A stretch of DNA of 64,000 nt from Camelus dromedarius (Eukaryota): positions 48,050,001-48,114,000 of the forward strand of contig NC_087450.1 of the NCBI RefSeq assembly GCF_036321535.1, read 5' to 3'. Positions 61,342-64,000 of the stretch are shown here, piece after piece (within the stretch, counting starts at the first letter, position 1; each line of letters starts with the position of its first letter). A model generated the notes under the pieces. The model made no database searches. It was given only the letters and a program-made list of their open reading frames with translations, and was not told where the DNA came from. The translations under genes and the position numbers were made by a program.

Positions 61342-63084
61342 AAAGGCATTGCCAAGCCTGGAGGTAAATCTGTGACCCACCTCTAGCAGACGTGGGGACT
61401 TCCCAGGTGTGGCTTCCCCGAGGCAGCATGCCCTGTGCCACTTCCCGCCCCTACGCTTGTTTGTCTCTCTCCTGCTTTTGGTTTACATTGTCTTACAGCA
61501 TCCTTTTAAGTCACCTTCAGTCCTGTCTGAACTCAGTGAGGTGAAAACAAACAGAATAGAAAGCTTCCTGCTTTTCTCTGGCTGGGCCCTGGGCACAGCT
61601 CCCACCCCGTCAGGCATCCAAAGAGAGAGGGTTGGAGCCCCCCTTCCCCACCCACAGGTGCCAGGTCGGCACCCTCGGTTCTGGTAATCGCCACACTGTG
61701 GAATTACAGCCAGTTCTGCCAAGAGCTCTCCAAGGCCCGTGAGAGAGGCTGGGTCAGTTCACAGCATCTGTGTGCTGACACGGGACCGGGGCCAAGACCT
61801 GCCAGAGCAGCACTGTGCCCAGGACGGCAGCTGTGCACCCTTGTCTGCCCTCCTCCATCCGCACAATTCGGCCCCATGCTGAACAATGTGCTGACATCAT
61901 TGGCCAAAGGCAGGCGATGCCCCGGGGTGGATCCCGCATTTCTGGGTACAAGGTTGTTCAGGAAGGGGCCTGGGGATGTGTGTCAGTGTGGGAGTCTGAC
62001 CAGCAGGACAGGACTGGTGCCTCCTTCAGGCAATCCTTTTCAAAGGAGATGCGGAGCTTCTGTCTGTTTCAAGCTGTTCTAGAACGCAGCAAGGGCCCCC
62101 TTCTCCTGGCCTTGGTGTCTCCCAGTCCTGACCACCCATTCTAGAGTAGGAGAGGTCGGAAGGCTAAAAGGGGCCTCCCCCGGGGCTGGTTACCACAGTT
62201 ATTGAGAAATGAGCACGCATGGGGAACCATTGTGGCTTCCTCCACCACAGGGGCTGGCCGCGAGGTCCGTGCCACGTTCCAGATGTGACCATTACAGGGC
62301 CAAGCATCCAGCAACTCCACCCTGTTCCTCACGGCTCCCAACTCAGGGTGGCTCTGTGGTCTGAGAAGTGTGCCCGAGACCGTTCCCGACAGCAGGCCTT
62401 GGGGAGGCTGGTGTGTGGGTGCTGATGCGCCCCAACCAGGGGAGGGCCGAGAATGGACCTTCTTAGCAGTGAGAGAGCTCTCCCCTCCTCTTCCTTGGGG
62501 TCCCTCCCTGACTGAGGGCCTCTGGGCAGGTCTTTGAAATGGTCCTGCAGACAGAGGGCGAGCAGCTGCCCTAGCTGGTAGGGTGACAGAGTGGGCGGGA
62601 AAGGAGCAGCTCTTGGCAGAGCCAACCAGACCCTAAACACAAACCAACCCATGCAGTCCTGTTCACAAGATCTGGGCGCAGAACTCCTTCCCCAGGACAG
62701 AGGTCTCCACAGGAACGTGGCCAGAAGGCTGCAGCACCTCCCTCCCTGATACGGGGAAGTGCGCCAGGCCCCTGAGAAGATGGAGCGTTCAGACAGTGTC
62801 CTGAAGACAACCCTCCCACTCCCCGCCCCAGGGGCCTTGGTTTGGCCTCCAAACACCACTAACAAGCCTAATGGCATCACTAACCAGCCAGCCGGCCGGT
62901 GAGGCTGTGGTCTGCAGGCCCTAGGAGACATCTCCTGGGCCCTGCCCTGGGTGAGGGAGACAGAGGGGGAGCACAGGCCTCCCGGGCTCCGAGTCTAGGT
63001 CACACGGAGACCAAGGCCAGACAAGTGAGAGGTTAAAACTCATGGCAGGAGAGAGTGTGGGACATGCTGGGGCAGAGGGAGAGC

Positions 63085-63258
63085 TCCCAAGTCACACCGA
63101 CCTGGGCTAAGTTATTCAGCCTCTCTGGACCTTGGTTTACTTCTCTGTAAAGGCGGACAATAACAGTGCCCCCGTCCATAGGGTTGGTGGGAGAATTCGG
63201 AGAGAAAGCACATGGAAATCCTTTAGCAGAGCCCCGGCCCACTGTCAACACTCAATAC
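63085..63258 (+). mobile_element. MIR SINE
   Basis: gacctgggctaagttattcagcctctctggaccttggtttacttctctgtaaaggcggacaataacagtgcc...catagggttggtgggag...cactcaata. Confidence 0.75.
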
Positions 63259-63429
63259 CCATCCCTGGTACTCCAGAGACTAAATCCTGCTGAGCCAGGG
63301 GAGCAGGTGATGCCTTTGGGTGGGGAGGGAGGGCTTCAGAGAGGCTAGGCCCGAGCCGGGCTCTTAAGCAGGACCCCAGCGGCGAGGACGGAGTGGCATC
63401 CCCACTGCTGCACTGCCCCCGCCAAGCCT

Positions 63430-63530
63430 CGTTCTAAACGGATTATTGTTTATTGGCGGCTTATCCCATCTCTTGGGTTATGAATTATTTACCAGATAAT
63501 GGCTTCATAATTGTTAATGACAGATGCCCC
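63430..63530. promoter_or_regulatory. Short AT-rich enhancer-like island
   Basis: TGTTTAT 63447, CTTATC 63460, AGATAA 63494, TAATTG 63508 and TGACAG 63518 within 80 nt, in GC-rich flanks. Confidence 0.35.
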
Positions 63531-64000
63531 AAGGACATGCTGACATACCTTCTGAAGCCACAGTGCTAACTGGGGTGTTGTCCCAGAAGCCCCCATGTGG
63601 CCACATCCAGAGTGTCACTCCTCCAGACAGAGCCTGGCTGGCCCCTTGGGGATCAACCATGAATCCACTCCCCTCACGACACAGATAAAGAAACTGAGAT
63701 CCAAAGAGGAGGCAGGGACATGCTTCCAGGTCCCAAAGCCGGCCAGTGGCAGCCCTGGGTGGTACAAGCCCCAAAGTCTCTGACGGTCATTCATCCACGG
63801 TTTGGGGCAGCTGTGGGCTGAGCAGGAGTTCAAGTCCTCTTTGGGGGTGAAGAAGTGCGGGGCTGTGACGGGTGCTGGGAGATTCCCCACCAGAAGTAAG
63901 GAGGGGCCCCTGGACCTTCTGCCGTTGTCTGCAGAGAATCAGTTTGCAGCCCAGTGGCTGTTTGGGATTCCTGTGGGTTGAGGAGGGCTGCCTCACTGGG

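Noticed and set aside
1-64000. Naming the locus or a host gene
   Set aside because: No exon, peptide or UTR could be matched to a gene I know; it needs a BLAT or synteny search.

Overview
Mammalian genomic DNA, GC-rich and essentially non-coding. Two short tRNA-Ala-derived SINEs of the camelid vic-1 type, an artiodactyl-type L1 3' end and no recognisable Alu, Bov-tA/A2, CHR, PRE-1 or CanSINE point to a camelid (camel/alpaca/llama); this is inference from remembered consensus sequences. I can support no protein-coding gene: none of the listed ORFs resembles a protein I recognise, and many run through repeats, microsatellites or N-runs. The window holds ancient interspersed repeats (MIR, L2, L1M, MER3, MER5A, Tigger1, MLT1, a MER21-like LTR), microsatellites, a CpG-island-like patch at about 26.4-26.8 kb and several AT-rich, motif-dense blocks that look like enhancers in a gene desert or large intron. 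Ten N-runs are present; four are exactly 132 nt and one replaces the missing end of an LTR almost base for base, so they look like masking of real sequence rather than assembly gaps. Several carry splice-site or structural signals on their flanks. I found no convincing novel biological system, CRISPR array or prokaryotic feature. The best leads are candidate non-coding exons and promoters around the masked blocks and a G-rich tail shared by two distant L1 ends. Repeat family names and boundaries were assigned by eye, not by RepeatMasker.
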